A stretch of DNA of 63,821 nucleotides, the filler included, from Octopus bimaculoides (taxonomy: Eukaryota), in the NCBI RefSeq assembly GCF_001194135.2. It is 7 parts of 6 records of this genome, joined end to end, with 100 filler letters (N's around TTAATTAATTAA, not from the genome) between each part and the next. Parts side by side here need not be neighbours in the genome. Positions count along the whole stretch, not along the records: positions 1 to 19,916 come from NC_068983.1; 6 more parts are not named here. One strand, 5' to 3'. The position numbers and the translations under genes are program-made. The notes beneath the pieces are model-generated. The model ran no database searches. It saw only the letters and a program-made list of their open reading frames with translations, and was not told the DNA's origin. Positions 1 through 13,686 of this stretch are shown here, piece after piece; the first letter of the stretch is position 1, and every line of letters starts with the position of its first letter.

Positions 1-439
1 ATATAACCAAGACATTACAGAGAAGAATGGAAAATTATTCATCTTCAAAACTTGTTTATTATATCATTATTCTCATTAAATTCACATAAGATTCCAATCC
101 GACACCTGTTTCTGCTGCATAAGTGCCCTAATATCCTTTGATATAGCATTTATGTACATTTTGTTGTTTCCGTTGCTGTATATATTCATCCAGAGTAGAC
201 ATTCTATGCAACTTTGTTCAAGGTTTTTACCTATGCAGTAAGGTTAGCAAATTTTGGCTTATCAACCATTATCAGATAGTTTGATAACCGCTGGTGTGCC
301 AAAACTGTGAAGTCACTGTCAAATTTTTGTTTGTAAAAATAAATGTATTTACATATTTATAATATATACACACTATGTGTTTTTGCTGGATTTGGTATCA
401 ATTTACAAGCACGCACTGTATTAATTGGGAATTTCCAAC

Positions 440-2400
440 ATTGAATTTATTATCATGAGTTCTGAACATGTGATTATTGAGAGGAAATGTAGTGAAAGTG
501 CTAAGGAAAGAAAAATTATAGGATTGGGAGTGAAATTAGCAATAATTAACAGGCATGTATGCGGCACTATGAAAGCTGAATTTGACAGGCCATGCTGCCA
601 ACGAATCAACAGAGCATAATATAGATTGAAGTTCACCATAAAAATCACATATTTTGTTTAAAAAATCAAGTGACAATCAAACCGAAAGCTGTCAGTCTAT
701 TTGCAGCAGTTTAATGTCAATATATTGAAAGCAGTTGGTCGAAATAGAGTTAAACGAAAACAATTTAACGTACGATAAAACGATTCATGTAACGGTTGCT
801 TGAATTTACAATTAATCGAATATTCAAAATAAGGAAGGTAGATTAAAGCATGTTTTGTTCCATTTCTTTTCAAATAAACGTTATATTATATACCTGCACG
901 TACACCTTGAAAGCATAGTTTATGATAATACCTCCTTAATGACCTTTATTATGCCCACGGGCATATAGCATATTGGTTAAGAGTACAGGCTACTAGCCCC
1001 AAGATTTTGAGTTCGATTCCAGGCAGTGCCCTGAGTAATAACGATAATCATAATCGTCATCATTGTTTATCGTTGATTTGTCAAAAGAAGTCAATCCAGT
1101 CTTGCTAAATATCCCACTTCATTGAAATGGAAAATATGTGACTCCACAAATGCAAAACTATTTCTACACCCATTAGAACTGGAATATCAGTGGAAGAAGA
1201 AGGCATTGAGGCACTTAAAAGTGAACATCATGCGTGGATGGCTGACAAGAAGCATTTGAAGGTAAAATTAGAAGCCGATCTAATTTTAATTGCTCCGAAA
1301 CTTGGAACCAAAAGGTGTCCGTAAGCTCCATGTTGCAAAGTTTGAATGGTGTGGCAAAAATCTTATTGGCTATTTTTAGTATGAAAACAAGATCATGCAC
1401 ATAAAAATATATTAATTGTGTGAGTGGGAAGCAAAAACTGCAGTGAAAGAGGGACACAATTTGACGGGACTCCAAGATTCTTCCGTTATTCACCATCACT
1501 CTGTTGATTGATTAAAAACTAGTAAAATCCAGTAAACATTTTATAATTAAAACTCATGCTGACTTGCTGATCTATCGATCAGAAAAGTGACGCACTCTTA
1601 AAGGTTTTATCAGGCATTCCTATAGTCTATGGGTAAATCAATACAAAATCTAGGATTACAGAATCTTTATATGAAGTTGGTTCAAGAACTGTTTCTATTC
1701 AACAAAATAAAATATTTTGGAATCTAGATTTATGGACTATATTACATAAATTTATGTTTTAAACTATAATTTCTCCTGAACAATGTTTCCAGTCATTCAA
1801 CAGTTCACTAATGGGAAACTATTAGGGTTTTATTTTTGCTCCCAAATATATCATTATTGGAGTCAATGAATAACGAGTTGAATGCAACATTCAAAGACGA
1901 CAACTTTCACAAAACTATTGTCCACAATTATGAATGCATTAGAAATTATTAATGATGAACAAAGTTCAATATAAGAGTTGATTTTAAAAACCTAATTCCT
2001 CATTGTACAAATATGTTTTGTGTATTTGAGTCTGACATTATAGAGGTCATTGCAAAAATCACTCAGTTTCGTTTATACCTGGAAAAATGTCTACAATTTA
2101 TTAATAAAATATCAGAAGAATTGCTTGAATTTCATGATGGGGAACATGTGATGAAAACATGAGTTACTACATTTAGAGAAGTAGCATGCAAATGACGATG
2201 ATGATCGCTAAGGTAGGACAGATGAAACTGAGACACGTGAGAGAATTCTCAATTAAAGAATTTGATACCTACTCGTTTTCAAGATGGAAAGCTGATAATA
2301 ATGGATGTAGATTTAAACATAACGTGAGCAATGCAAATAAGAATACAAATTGATAAAACCTTCAATTGCTTTAGAATTATGAAACATGTTGAATCGAAAG
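440..2400 (+). mobile_element. Decayed Tigger/pogo (CENP-B-like) transposase remnant
   Basis: Pieces in different frames follow Tigger domain order: RKCSESAKERKIIGLGVKLAIINRHVCGTMKAEFDR (psq-HTH-like), ..RGWL.. (~1230), LLIYRSEK*RTLK (~1565), WFKNCF (~1680), FLLPNISLLESMNNELNATFK (~1835), SEELLEFHD (~2115). Many stops and frameshifts. Confidence 0.75.
955..1035 (+). mobile_element. tRNA-derived SINE head inserted in the Tigger remnant
   Basis: A-box-like TAGCATATTGG and B-box GTTCGATTCC, followed by a short TAA-like tail. No complete cloverleaf. Confidence 0.6.
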
Positions 2401-2614
2401 TGACCGAAAATTCGAAGTCAATGTCAATAAAATTTTTGTTAAACAATAATTTTCACCGTGCAAAAGTATAGGAAAACCTTTCAGATTAATGTGTGTGTAT
2501 GTATATATATGTATACAGATNNNNNNNNNNNNNNNNNNNNNNNNNNNNNNNNNNNNNNNNNNNNNNNNNNNNNNNNNNNNNNNNNNNNNNNNNNNNNNNN
2601 NNNNNNNNNNNNNT

Positions 2615-3376
2615 GAGAATAATTGACATCTCATTTTAACATATATTTACCAAAATTACATAAAAATATCTGAAAATACTAAATCGTAAATATATTCTAT
2701 AAAATCACCTTTGTCTTCGACCAGAGCCTCCAGACAACTTTAGGATTTTCTGCCACTCTTCTGGGCAGTCTCCTTGTTTAAGTTGGTGAATGTTGCCATA
2801 ATCCTTGCCTTCAGTTCATCTTTGGTGTTGCAAGTTTGTCTGGGGAGCTAGGTAGCTAGATGTAAGGAGTAATGTGGTAGCAGAAATTGTTTTACAACCA
2901 TGACAGCTTGTGTGACATGGTGCAGAGTCCTGTTGCCATACTTGGGGTCATCCAGCAGCCACCCTCTTGACCCAGGCCAGCACTACCTCCACAAAGCACT
3001 TGATGTCAGCCTCCATGTTGAGTGTAAGACAGTTTTGGAAGAATGAAGAGAGGCATAATGTCGTCATCACTAGTGATCACTCCAAATACCATGATGTTGA
3101 CTGGATGCTTGATTTTTATCACTCTTGGTACATGTCCTCACATTGACACACAGACATTCTGAAATGTTCATACTGGAGCTTCCAGCATGAATGCCAAGCA
3201 ATATAGCATGTTGTTTCCAAATTTCTGGCACAGTGAATTGCGTCATGGTGCAGTTTTTCTCACAGATGGTACCCAACTGACCCTACTATACTGTGTAGTC
3301 AACAAAAGCAAAAACAAACAATGCGCATGCGTGAAATTAAAAGTGTAAAATGGTGACAATGTACGCATCGCACCCC
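2615..3376 (-). mobile_element. Internally deleted Tc1/mariner-superfamily (maT-like) element, copy 1
   Basis: Minus strand reads MTQFTVPEIWKQHAILLGIHAGSS..., jumps to KIKHPVNIMVFGVITSDDDIMP..., then a degenerate QQDSAP/WPPNSPD region. Terminus GGGGTGCGATGCGTAC at 3376. Confidence 0.8.
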
Positions 3377-3719
3377 ATATATATATATANNNNNNNNNNN
3401 NNNNNNNNNNNNNNNNNNNNNNNNNNNNNNNNNNNNNNNNNNNNNNNNNNNNNNNNNNNNNNNNNNNNNNNNNNNNNNNNNNNNNNNNNNNNNNNNNNNN
3501 NNNNNNNNNNNNNNNNNNNNNNNNNNNNNNNNNNNNNNNNNNNNNNNNNNNNNNNNNNNNTGGTGTGTGATGGGTATATATAGTCATATTTAAAATAAAA
3601 GAAGAAAACCATAAATTTCACCAATAGATTGTAATTTAAAAACGTTCAGCAGCTGCTTCATCAGAAATAAAGATCATTAATTCCTTAAGTACGTGATTAA
3701 GATACATAAATAATTTATA

Positions 3720-3920
3720 CTTTCAAATTTTGGCATGAGGTCAGCAATTTTAAGAGGATAGTAATTTCATTACATTGATTCTAGTGCTAATCTGGTGCTT
3801 AATTATTGGCCGTAAATGGATGAAAGACAAACAGACATTTGCGGAATTTGAGCTCAAAGCGTAGAGACCGAAAGGAAAGACTGCTAAGAATGTTATCCAA
3901 TGCACTCACAATCTCACCAG
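3720..3920 (-). mobile_element. SINE family B, degenerate copy
   Basis: Reverse complement matches the family B body (caaattccgc..tttcatcc..taagcaccag) seen at 48246. Confidence 0.55.
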
Positions 3921-4129
3921 GAATATTATTAATTGATTAAAACTGAATAAAACTAAATTAATTTAAATCAAGGTTTACCCCTCCCTTCAAATTGTTGGCC
4001 TTGTATCAAAATTTAAAAGCATTGATTATGTTTTTTCCTAATGAAACAGCTGCTGAAAATAATAAACTGTGACCATATAGGTGCAGGAGTGGCTGTATGG
4101 TAAGAAGCTTGCTTCGCAACCATATATAC

Positions 4130-4160
<31 letters not shown>

Positions 4161-4689
4161 NNNNNNNNNNNNNNNNNNNNNNNNNNNNNNNNNNNNNNNN
4201 NNNNNNNNNNNNNNNNNNNNNNNNNNNNNNNNNNNNNNNNNNNNNNNNNNNNNNNNNNNNNNNNNNNNNNNNNNNNNNNNNNNNNNNNNNNNNNNNNNNN
4301 NNNNNNNNNNNNNNNNNNNNNNNNNNNNNNNNNNNNNNNNNNNNNNNNNNNNNNNNNNNNNNNNNNNNNNNNNNNNNNNNNNNNNNNNNNNNNNNNNNNN
4401 NNNNNNNNNNNNNNNNNNNNNNNNNNNNNNNNNNNNNNNNNNNNNNNNNNNNNNNNNNNNNNNNNNNNNNNNNNNNNNNNNNNNNNNNNNNNNNNNNNNN
4501 NNNNNNNNNNNNNNNNNNNNNNNNNNNNNNNNNNNNNNNNNNNNNNNNNNNNNNNNNNNNNNNNNNNNNNNNNNNNNNNNNNNNNNNNNNNNNNNNNNNN
4601 NNNNNNNNNNNNNNNNNNNNNNNNNNNNNNNNNNNNNNNNNNNTTTAAGGTGCACCATGTGCCACATGTCAGATGACGAAAGGATCACA

Positions 4690-4788
4690 GAGCAACGTAA
4701 CACTATGCAACGCCCGGTCTTGGAATCAAACCCATGATCTCACAATCTTGAGTGCAACACCCGAACCATTAAGCCATGCACCTTCACA

Positions 4789-4790
<2 letters not shown>
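4690..4790 (-). mobile_element. tRNA-derived SINE head (family E)
   Basis: Minus strand GTGAAGGTGCATGGCTTAATGGTT...GGTTTGATTCC. A related head lies at ~34985-35022. Confidence 0.55.
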
Positions 4791-4849
<59 letters not shown>

Positions 4850-4854
4850 CGTGT

Positions 4855-5200
4855 GGAAGCGCAATGGCCCAATGGTTAGGGCAATGGACTCGTGGTTTCG
4901 ATTCCCAGACCAGGTGTTGTGAGTGTTTATTGCGAGAAAACACTTAAAGCTCCACAAAACTCCGGAAGTGGGTAGTGGTCACCCTTACTGTACTCTTTCG
5001 CCACAACTTTCTATCACTCTTTTCCTTCTCTTTCTGTTGTACCTGTATTTCAAAGGGCCAGACTTGTCACACTTTGTGTCATGCTGAATCCCCATGAGAA
5101 CTACATTAAGAGTACACGTGTCTATGGTATACTCAGCCACTTGAACATTAATTTCACGAGCAGGCTGTTCCATTGATTTGATCAACTGGAACCCTCGTTA
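4855..5200 (+). mobile_element. tRNA-derived SINE (family D)
   Basis: Head TGGCCCAATGGTTAGGG..GGTTTCGATTCC. The tail motif gtacacgtgtc..tactcagccacttg recurs at ~5482-5514. Confidence 0.6.
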
Positions 5201-5877
5201 TAAGCGATAGAGTGCCACATATGTAAATACCCACACACACACAATGTGGTGCTGAGTGGATAAACCATTGACAAGCACAAATTCCATGTTTTGATTTCGA
5301 TTTGATGTGTGTCATTCTGTACAAGACTCATTTACAATAACATTGGCTTGATCCATACGTTTTAATTAAAAATTTTTGTAGACATAAGCTGTATGGAATC
5401 CTATCAGATGGATTATTTGTGTAATTCAAAGACTCTGGTCTTTTAAAATTGTGTTATTATGATTCTGCTTGTGAGTGAAGCGTACACGTGTCTTCAGAAT
5501 ACTCAGCCACTTGTGTTATAAATCAATGATTGAGCAACACAAATCTTATGGCTGACATCAACTGATTATATATTGTGTATGTAGATGTGTATGTACATGT
5601 GTGTGTATGTGGAAATGTATATATAGTGGTAAATGATATACACATCATTGAGAAAACTGACAGTAAACCAGTGTGTCAAACAAAAATGAGTTTGAGCTGT
5701 GTAGCGTTTATCCAGTTTGAAGTCACACAGGCATTTCACTTATCATTCACGCCATTGGAAATGCAGTGAACCAGAGATCAGTTCATCGGAAACCTATAAC
5801 CAACGAGTCTATTGTTAAAAAGATGCATTATATGTGTATGTATATGTGCATGTGTGCTGGTACATATCTATAATAAC

Positions 5878-5908
<31 letters not shown>

Positions 5909-6254
5909 ATACACACATATATGTATGTATATAGATATATGTATATATATATATATATAAATATATATATATATNNNNNNNNNNNNNNNNNNNNNNNNNN
6001 NNNNNNNNNNNNNNNNNNNNNNNNNNNNNNNNNNNNNNNNNNNNNNNNNNNNNNNNNNNNNNNNNNNNNNNNNNNNNNNNNNNNNNNNNNNNNNNNNNNN
6101 NNNNNNNNNNNNNNNNNNNNNNNNNNNNNNNNNNNNNNNNNNNNNNNNNNNNNGTGTGTGTATGTGTGTGTGTACATATAAATGAGGTCGATTAAATCAA
6201 CTAAATCCATTCTCTAGAAGCTTTGTATGTGAGAAAATATTATTATTGATTGTA

Positions 6255-6309
<55 letters not shown>

Positions 6310-6564
6310 TAATAATATTATTATGAGACATTGTTTCTTTCTTTTTCTTTTCAATAAATAACTTTGTATTATTATTTTCTTTGATTTTTTCTAATTTATA
6401 GATAGAATGTATATCAATTTGATATATTATTGAAATATATCTTTAGGAAAAAAAAAATACAATCCAACTTGACTCTCCAAATTATATATAATATAGATTT
6501 TCCAAGAATAATCAGTTTATAAGAAGAATTGACGAATTGATCAGTTGATCGATTTCTGTTTCAG

Positions 6565-6655
6565 TTCTCATGGCAGTTCCAAAATTGGTTTCTAAGGCTT
6601 TTACTACAGAGGACCAGAACATTCCTATCTATAAGCTATTTGAAACTTATATCGA
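6565..6655 (+). CDS. Candidate host exon A (xLMAVPKLVSKAFTTEDQNIPIYKLFETYI)
   Basis: Acceptor tttctgtttcag, donor GA|gtgaat, open frame, not recognisably a repeat. No homology recognised. Confidence 0.3.
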
Positions 6656-7072
6656 GTGAATACATTTGTTTTATATATCCTTAAGCCTTGTTTACAAGAT
6701 GTCACATGGGGGGTGGGGGGGTGAGGAAGAAAAGAGACAAAAAAAGTTGATACGTTCCAATCATGAGATTATGATTAATGAAAATATTGATTCCTGATAA
6801 ATCACACGATATTTTGTGAATTTATCGTTCCTTTAAAACATCTTGTCTTATTACTTTACCAATTCTGTTGTCATATAAATGTTTCCTGATCAGCAGCTGG
6901 AAAACTGCATGAATATAAAAGCCGACGAGAAATCCCCGATGTAAACACATCGCTGACTAGGAACAGCGTTCCAAATATTCCTCAAATCACACCATAACTG
7001 TCTTAACAATAGAAGGAAGCTGCCAAAAAAAAAAGAAAAAGAAAAGATGCTTAACTGTAGTGTTACCAAGAC

Positions 7073-7465
7073 AGGAGTGGCTGTGTGGTAAGTAGCTTGC
7101 TTACCAACCACATGGTTCCGGGTTCAGTTCCACTGCGTGGCACCTTGGGCAAGTGTCTTATACTATAGCCTCAGGCCAACTAAGGCCTTGTGAGTGGATT
7201 TGGTAGACAGAAACTGAAATAAGGCGGCGAGCTGGCAGAAACATTAGCGAAATGCTTAGCGGTATTTCATCTGCTGTTACATTCTGAGTTCAAATTCCGC
7301 CGAGGTCGCCTTTGCCTTTCATCCTTTCAGGGTTGATAAATAGCGTACCAGTTATGCACTGGGGTCGATGTAATCGACTTAATCCATTTGTCTGTCCTTG
7401 TTTGTCCCCTCTATGTTAAGCCCCTTGTGGGCAATAAAGAAATATGAAACTGTAAGGAGCCTGTC
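7073..7465 (+). mobile_element. SINE family A (tRNA head + CORE-like segment) with a family B SINE nested at ~7219-7444
   Basis: GGAGTGGCTGTGTGGTAAGTAGCTTG...CCTTGGGCAAGTGTCTT head. Family A resumes after the insert, with gaaactg duplicated on both sides. Confidence 0.85.
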
Positions 7466-8909
7466 ATATATATATATATATANNNNNNNNNNNNNNNNNN
7501 NNNNNNNNNNNNNNNNNNNNNNNNNNNNNNNNNNNNNNNNNNNNNNNNNNNNNNNNNNNNNNNNNNNNNNNNNNNNNNNNNNNNNNNNNNNNNNNNNNNN
7601 NNNNNNNNNNNNNNNNNNNNNNNNNNNNNNNNNNNNNNNNNNNNNNNNNNNNNNNNNNNNNNNNNNNNNNNNNNNNNNNNNNNNNNNNNNNNNNNNNNNN
7701 NNNNNNNNNNNNNNNNNNNNNNNNNNNNNNNNNNNNNNNNNNNNNNNNNNNNNNNNNNNNNNNNNNNNNNNNNNNNNNNNNNNNNNNNNNNNNNNNNNNN
7801 NNNNNNNNNNNNNNNNNNNNNNNNNNNNNNNNNNNNNNNNNNNNNNNNNNNNNNNNNNNNNNNNNNNNNNNNNNNNNNNNNNNNNNNNNNNNNNNNNNNN
7901 NNNNNNNNNNNNNNNNNNNNNNNNNNNNNNNNNNNNNNNNNNNNNNNNNNNNNNNNNNNNNNNNNNNNNNNNNNNNNNNNNNNNNNNNNNNNNNNNNNNN
8001 NNNNNNNNNNNNNNNNNNNNNNNNNNNNNNNNNNNNNNNNNNNNNNNNNNNNNNNNNNNNNNNNNNNNNNNNNNNNNNNNNNNNNNNNNNNNNNNNNNNN
8101 NNNNNNNNNNNNNNNNNNNNNNNNNNNNNNNNNNNNNNNNNNNNNNNNNNNNNNNNNNNNNNNNNNNNTATATAAATATATGCGAGTAAAAGTAAATACA
8201 AAAAAGGGGTGGGGGTTTTGTATGATTGTGTATAGAGGAATATATTATTTTGTTTAAAAGAGTTCCAACACTGTCTGTTTTTTATGTTTTATTTATATTC
8301 CTGCAAAACCAATGTGGGATATAGAATATGGAATATACAATATATAATATAATATACAATATATAATATAAAATAAAAATGGATGGTACTATGAAATAAA
8401 GTATTGAATGTCTTATTGAATATATGGAATATGTCTTATTGAATATATGGAACATGTCTTATTGAATAGATGAAATATTGAGTGTTCAATATAAAGGATT
8501 AAATATATAAATATATAAAGGCTATATAGCATATACATATATATATGTATATACTATACATATATATATGTATATGCTAGGAGTGACCGGCAAGCCATAT
8601 GGTTGTGCTACAACGTTCTTAACCTCACAGCCATGCCTGCACCTAAATATATCATCATCATCATTGTGTTAATGATCACATTCCATTATATCGTTTTGAT
8701 GAACTTTCTTTGTCTGGGTGCCATTCCGGTCACCGAACTTCACCTAATATTCTCTATGGCCAGACATTTTTTGGCAGAAAATTGGAAATGAATGATGTTG
8801 CTTGTATGACTGTGATACACACAATTATCATCACACAATGTCAAGATAAGGAGACACAAATGTGCAAATACCCTTTCTCTCACATACACGCATATATACA
8901 TACAGAATA

Positions 8910-9070
8910 AACACTGTGTGCTTCTCTCAGTTTCTGTCTATCAAATTCATTGACAATGCTTTGTTCAGCCCAGGGCTATTTTAGAAATCTCTTGTTGCGG
9001 AAGGTGCCATGCAATGGGACTGAAACCCAAACCATATTTTGAGAAGCAAATTTGTTAACTAGACATCCAT
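8910..9070 (-). mobile_element. SINE family A, degenerate 5' half
   Basis: Reverse complement similar to 7073-7218. Confidence 0.6.
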
Positions 9071-9737
9071 ATTTGTTTTATAGAAATTTTTGTTTTTGCA
9101 ACTTCTGAGAAATTTTTATATATTGTCTTACCTAATTTTTATTTATTTAAGAATGTATTTACTTACTGAGTTTCCTTATCATTTCGGTCAAATGTTATCC
9201 AAGGAGAAAATATTTTCAGATTCTTAGCATTTGAAATTATTTTAACACCTTGTGGTAAGATAAGAAAACGAGCAGCAGATGACTTGAATTTATTCAAAAT
9301 TTCATTGTATTCATTTATTTGTTTCGTTTTCTTCCTCTAAAATACAATATAGCAACATTGTTTTAGTCTTTTACCATTTTCTGTGAAATAAGAACACAGC
9401 ATTCACTTTCTCACCAAAAATTCTTCTTGAATATTTTATTGCATTATAAAGTATTTCTTTTTTCTTTTCAGTGGTTCATTAAAAAAGAAAAAAATTCTTC
9501 TCCAACCCATTCCCATGTTTTCCTGATGTTAGATGACATCTTGTGTTATATTCATAATTCCACTCACTTTTTATTCCATGAAACTATAAAACCGTTTCCC
9601 TATCATCTATTTTTTTTAATGTATATGGAATTAAATATTTGAAGATCTGAAGTTTTTCTAAAAAGAATAAAACAATTTAAATTTCTCTTCTTTATTAACA
9701 GATTCTGAGTCAAAACCATAGACATAGCTCTCCTTAG

Positions 9738-9783
9738 GGACTTATGGACCCAGAAGCAGATACACAAAGGAACAGTCTTTAAG
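9738..9783 (+). CDS. Candidate host exon B (DLWTQKQIHKGTVFK)
   Basis: Acceptor ctctccttag, weak donor AAG|gttatt. Phase-compatible with candidate exons A and C. Confidence 0.2.
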
Positions 9784-9949
9784 GTTATTACTGGTTGTAG
9801 CTATCTGGTATTAGGTTTGTGTTTAATGTTTTAAGATTAAAGATTCAAAGCATTTCAGAGATTTACTTGTCTGACAAGTGATTTGATCTGAAAGTGATTT
9901 GAAACTGAAACTATTGGAGCTACACAAAGGGCTCCCAGTAGAACTCTGT

Positions 9950-10085
9950 AAAGTGGTTGGCTTTAGGAAAGACATCCATCCCATAACAAAAAATTGGAGC
10001 CTGGTACAGTCCTCCAGTTTACCAGCTTCTGTCAAACTCTCAAACCATGGCAGCATAGAAAATAGAAAATAAATGATGATGATGA
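9950..10085 (+). mobile_element. SINE 3' part with Meta-domain-like motif and (TGA)n tail
   Basis: ggttggctttaggaaagacatcc...ggagcctggtacagtcc...aaatgatgatgatgat. Better copy at 15660-15812. Confidence 0.55.
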
Positions 10086-10315
10086 TACATGTGTGTGTAT
10101 GTGCATGTGTGTGTGTCTGTGAGTGTGTGTTTGTCCCACACTGTCCTTTGACAACCAGTGTTGGTGTATTTATATCCCTGTGACTTAGCAGTTCAGCAAA
10201 TCACGCTCCAGGCTTTAAAAAACAAATAGGTACTGGGTTCAACTTGTTCCACTAAATTTCTTCAAGGTGGTGCCCCAACATGGCCACAGTCTAATGACAA
10301 GTAAAGCATAACAAA
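10085..10315 (+). mobile_element. SINE family A 3' half
   Basis: (TG)n then gtttgtccc..ttgacaacc..actggg..gtgccccaacatggccacagt, matching 62150-62365. Confidence 0.7.
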
Positions 10316-10636
10316 ATATAACATAAATACATATAGCTACATCAACACATAAACAAATACACAAACAAATAAATAAACAAATAAATAAAAAATAAATAAA
10401 TGGTAGATATTAAGACGAAGAATTTAAGCAAAAGTAGAAATATCCTTTTTCCATTTCTTGAGAGTCTCCACTAAACAGAACCATTCCAGCCATTTCTAAT
10501 AGAATTATCACTTTCTTCTTTCAGCTGTGACAATTTATTCCCACTATCAATTCAGCAGGCTTCATTAATTTCAGTGAAACCAAACAATACACATCATCTA
10601 CTGAAGATAATTATCTGCCAAGAAACAAGGAAAAAT

Positions 10637-10639
<3 letters not shown>

Positions 10640-10667
<28 letters not shown>

Positions 10668-10792
10668 CTATATACATATGCATGTATATATACATACACA
10701 CAAACAGGCACACATACATACACATCTATATATACATACACTAATATGTATACCTATGTATATATATATACACACACTAATATTTATACCTA

Positions 10793-10865
<73 letters not shown>

Positions 10866-11015
10866 ATGTGTGTATATATATATGTATATGTATGTATATG
10901 TGTGTATATATATATATATATGTATGTATATGTATATATATATCTGTGTGTGTATATATGTATGTATATGTATATATACATATATGTGTGTGTGTTTTTG
11001 CATGTATGTATGTAT
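10640..11015. repeat. Compound (CA)/(TA)/(TG) microsatellite
   Basis: Visible directly. Similar compound tracts at 11575-11850 and 12830-13055. Confidence 0.95.
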
Positions 11016-11229
11016 TCAGTACCCACGGTTCTTTATTCACTATCCCCATGTTGTCGTTGTTTCCGTTAATATTGATATTTATGTTATGGTGTCATTGTTG
11101 TTGTCAAAATTATTGTTTATTATTTGGAACATAAATAAAAATTAAAATAAAACATTAACTTTTAAAAAATACAAAAATGATAAACAAATTTAAAAAGTAA
11201 CAGAAATCATCATTACTATTCATATTGAA

Positions 11230-11297
<68 letters not shown>

Positions 11298-11300
11298 CAT
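11230..11300. repeat. (TTA)n microsatellite
   Basis: Visible directly. Other (TAA/TTA)n tracts at ~6255-6325, 14910-14955, 19027-19110, 47385-47420, 56960-57035, 57216-57288. Confidence 0.95.
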
Positions 11301-11722
11301 CATTTTGTTATTGTCGTTGTTGTTCTTCTTCTTAAAAGAGAACATTATAATTATTGTTGTTGTTGTTGATGTTGAGGCTGTTAAAAGTTATTAGAAAAAC
11401 CTTACAACTTAATATTGTTATTAATATTATCTATTTCCTTCTTCTTCGGTTTGTTATTGTTGTTGTTGTCGTCATTAATATACGATGACCGTTATCAGTT
11501 TAATGTTGAAGTATTTGAGTTGTAAATAGACTCACTTTCAAGGAAGAAGAAAACATTCCACTGATACATATCCACAAGTACACACACATGTGTACATGCA
11601 AGTGTGTGGGTGTATGTACATACATAGATATAGATATATATATATATATATATATATGTGCATATATGTATACATATATATGTATATTTATATATGTATA
11701 TATGTATATGCATATATATATA

Positions 11723-11765
<43 letters not shown>

Positions 11766-12144
11766 AATATATTTGTATATATATGTACATATATATATGT
11801 ATATACATATATTTATATATATGCATATACATATATACATACATATAAAAAAATTTTAATTCAAGGTGAATATGGTACTTAAGTTTAGGCACTAGAATTA
11901 AGTATGGTATTATCCAAACAATTCCAAAATAAGGTGATTAAAAATCAAAATAAGCAACAAGGATATTCCGGGTTACTTCAGTATGATCGTTTCATGCAAC
12001 TCCATTTATTTAAGCAATGTGATCATTACATTAAATATAAAATGCAGAGCAATCTTCAGCTGCACAAAGATACAGAAAACTTACTGAAATTTCATTTCAG
12101 TAGAAGGACATAACTATACATATATTATTATTATCATTATTATT

Positions 12145-12412
12145 GTCTTTGCACAGCTTCTAACGCTGGAAATATACTACAGTGTCAGATGTTCACTGCA
12201 AGTGAAGTAAGGTAACACCTCTTATTTTTTGAGCAACTTCCAGAGTATTCAAGCGGTTCCAAGCAGTGCGCCACCCTTATTGCAGCCCCTATTTGTTCCA
12301 TGTACTTCTCAAGGTTTTGCTCACTGTTCCCAGGGCTCCAACAGTTATTGGTACTACTGCTACCTTTTTCATCGACCATAACTGCTTAACTCCCCAAGCT
12401 AACCTTTTCATC
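12145..12412 (-). mobile_element. 3' end of an R4/Dong-like non-LTR retrotransposon
   Basis: Minus strand KQLWSMKKVAVVPITVGALGTVSKTL (RLE C-terminal motif), short 3' UTR, TAA-type repeats on both sides. Confidence 0.8.
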
Positions 12413-13282
12413 ATCAAAATTATTATTATTATTGTTATTATTATTATCATTATTATTATTATTATCATCATTATTTTCATTATCATTTTCTGCTGTTATG
12501 TTTTATCTTTAATTTCTTTGAGTTACTTTCTTTTGTTGCCTGTTTCTCTTCTGCTAGAGTTTTACCTACAGTTAAGACTGTAATGTCAGGTTGTAGACAT
12601 CGTAATATTTATGAAGATAATAATAGTTGCAGAATGCTTAGAAAAAGATATTTGAAATGTTGGTTTTTCTGTTCTTAGCTTTAATTAGGGTTAGCATTTA
12701 TCGCAGAGAATCTATATTTTATCAGCAACTTGTTTTGTTTTTTTTTCTCTAAAGATACTAAGTTATTTTTTATCCTTTACATATTTTTTCTTCATTTTTT
12801 TTTTCAGTTTTATTTTCTATTTCAGTGAATATATATGTATGTGCGTATGTGTGTATATGTGTGTATGTGTATGTATGTGCATGAGTGCATATGCGTACGT
12901 GTGTATGTGTATATCTATGTATCTGTGAATGTATGTAATATATATATATATGTGTTTGTGTGTGTATGTGTATCTGTGAGTGTGTATCTGTGTATGTGTA
13001 TGTGCACAGGTATATCTCTGTATGCATGTATGTGTGTCGGTGTGTGCGTATTCAATTCCAGGCATTGACTTCAAATTGGCCATATATTATATTTTTCAAA
13101 TGAAAGAAAATAACAGGTTTTTTTTTTCTTCTAAAACATTTACCATGCTGAAGAGTATTCATATATCTTAAATATTCACTTTCTTGTACAGAATTAATCT
13201 TGAGGCTACATCGCTAGTTTTCGTCAAAACAACATAGATATTGGAGCAACCGATGTTTCCTACAAAATATCAACAACCAAGA

Positions 13283-13447
13283 CACAAGTCTGGTCCTGCA
13301 GTTAAGAAGCTTGCTTCCCAACCATGTGTTTCTTGTTTCAATTCCACAGCACAGCCCCATGGGCAAGTGTCTTTTACAATAGCCCCCAAGACTGACCAAA
13401 GCTTTGTGAGTGGATTAGGTAGATGGAAACTGAAAGAGGTCTCTTGC
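13283..13447 (+). mobile_element. SINE family A 5' half
   Basis: aagaagcttgcttcccaaccatg..catgggcaagtgtcttt..gctttgtgagtggatt..gaaactgaaagag. Confidence 0.8.
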
Positions 13448-13469
13448 ATATATACATATATATATTTTC

Positions 13470-13635
13470 TATTTTCTATTTTTCTATTTCTCTCCCTGTT
13501 TATTTCTGTGTTCCTTTCTGTCGAAGAGCGTAGAATCAAAACGTAAAAGACTTTCTCACTTCCCGATGGTTAAACTAATACATATGTTTGTTGTTTACAC
13601 ACATGTCTTCGTCTTTTGTTTTCTGTTTATAAATT

Positions 13636-13640
<5 letters not shown>
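13470..13640 (+). mobile_element. Penelope-like terminal repeat family 1, degenerate hammerhead-like copy
   Basis: Homologous to 20038-20230 (minus), 63200-63300 and 63574-63740. Confidence 0.6.

Positions 13641-13686
<46 letters not shown>

Noticed and set aside
955-1035. Functional tRNA gene
   Set aside because: A and B boxes are present but there is no acceptor stem or cloverleaf, so it is a SINE head.
1177-1261. Apparent AG..GT exon (TGISVEEEGIEALKSEHHAWMADKKHLK)
   Set aside because: Lies in collinear position within the Tigger transposase remnant.
6890-7005. Apparent terminal exon (AGKLHEYKSRREIPDVNTSLTRNSVPNIPQITP*)
   Set aside because: Its 3' half matches the retroposon tail motif (cctcaaatcacacc..gtcttaa) repeated at 43060-44110.
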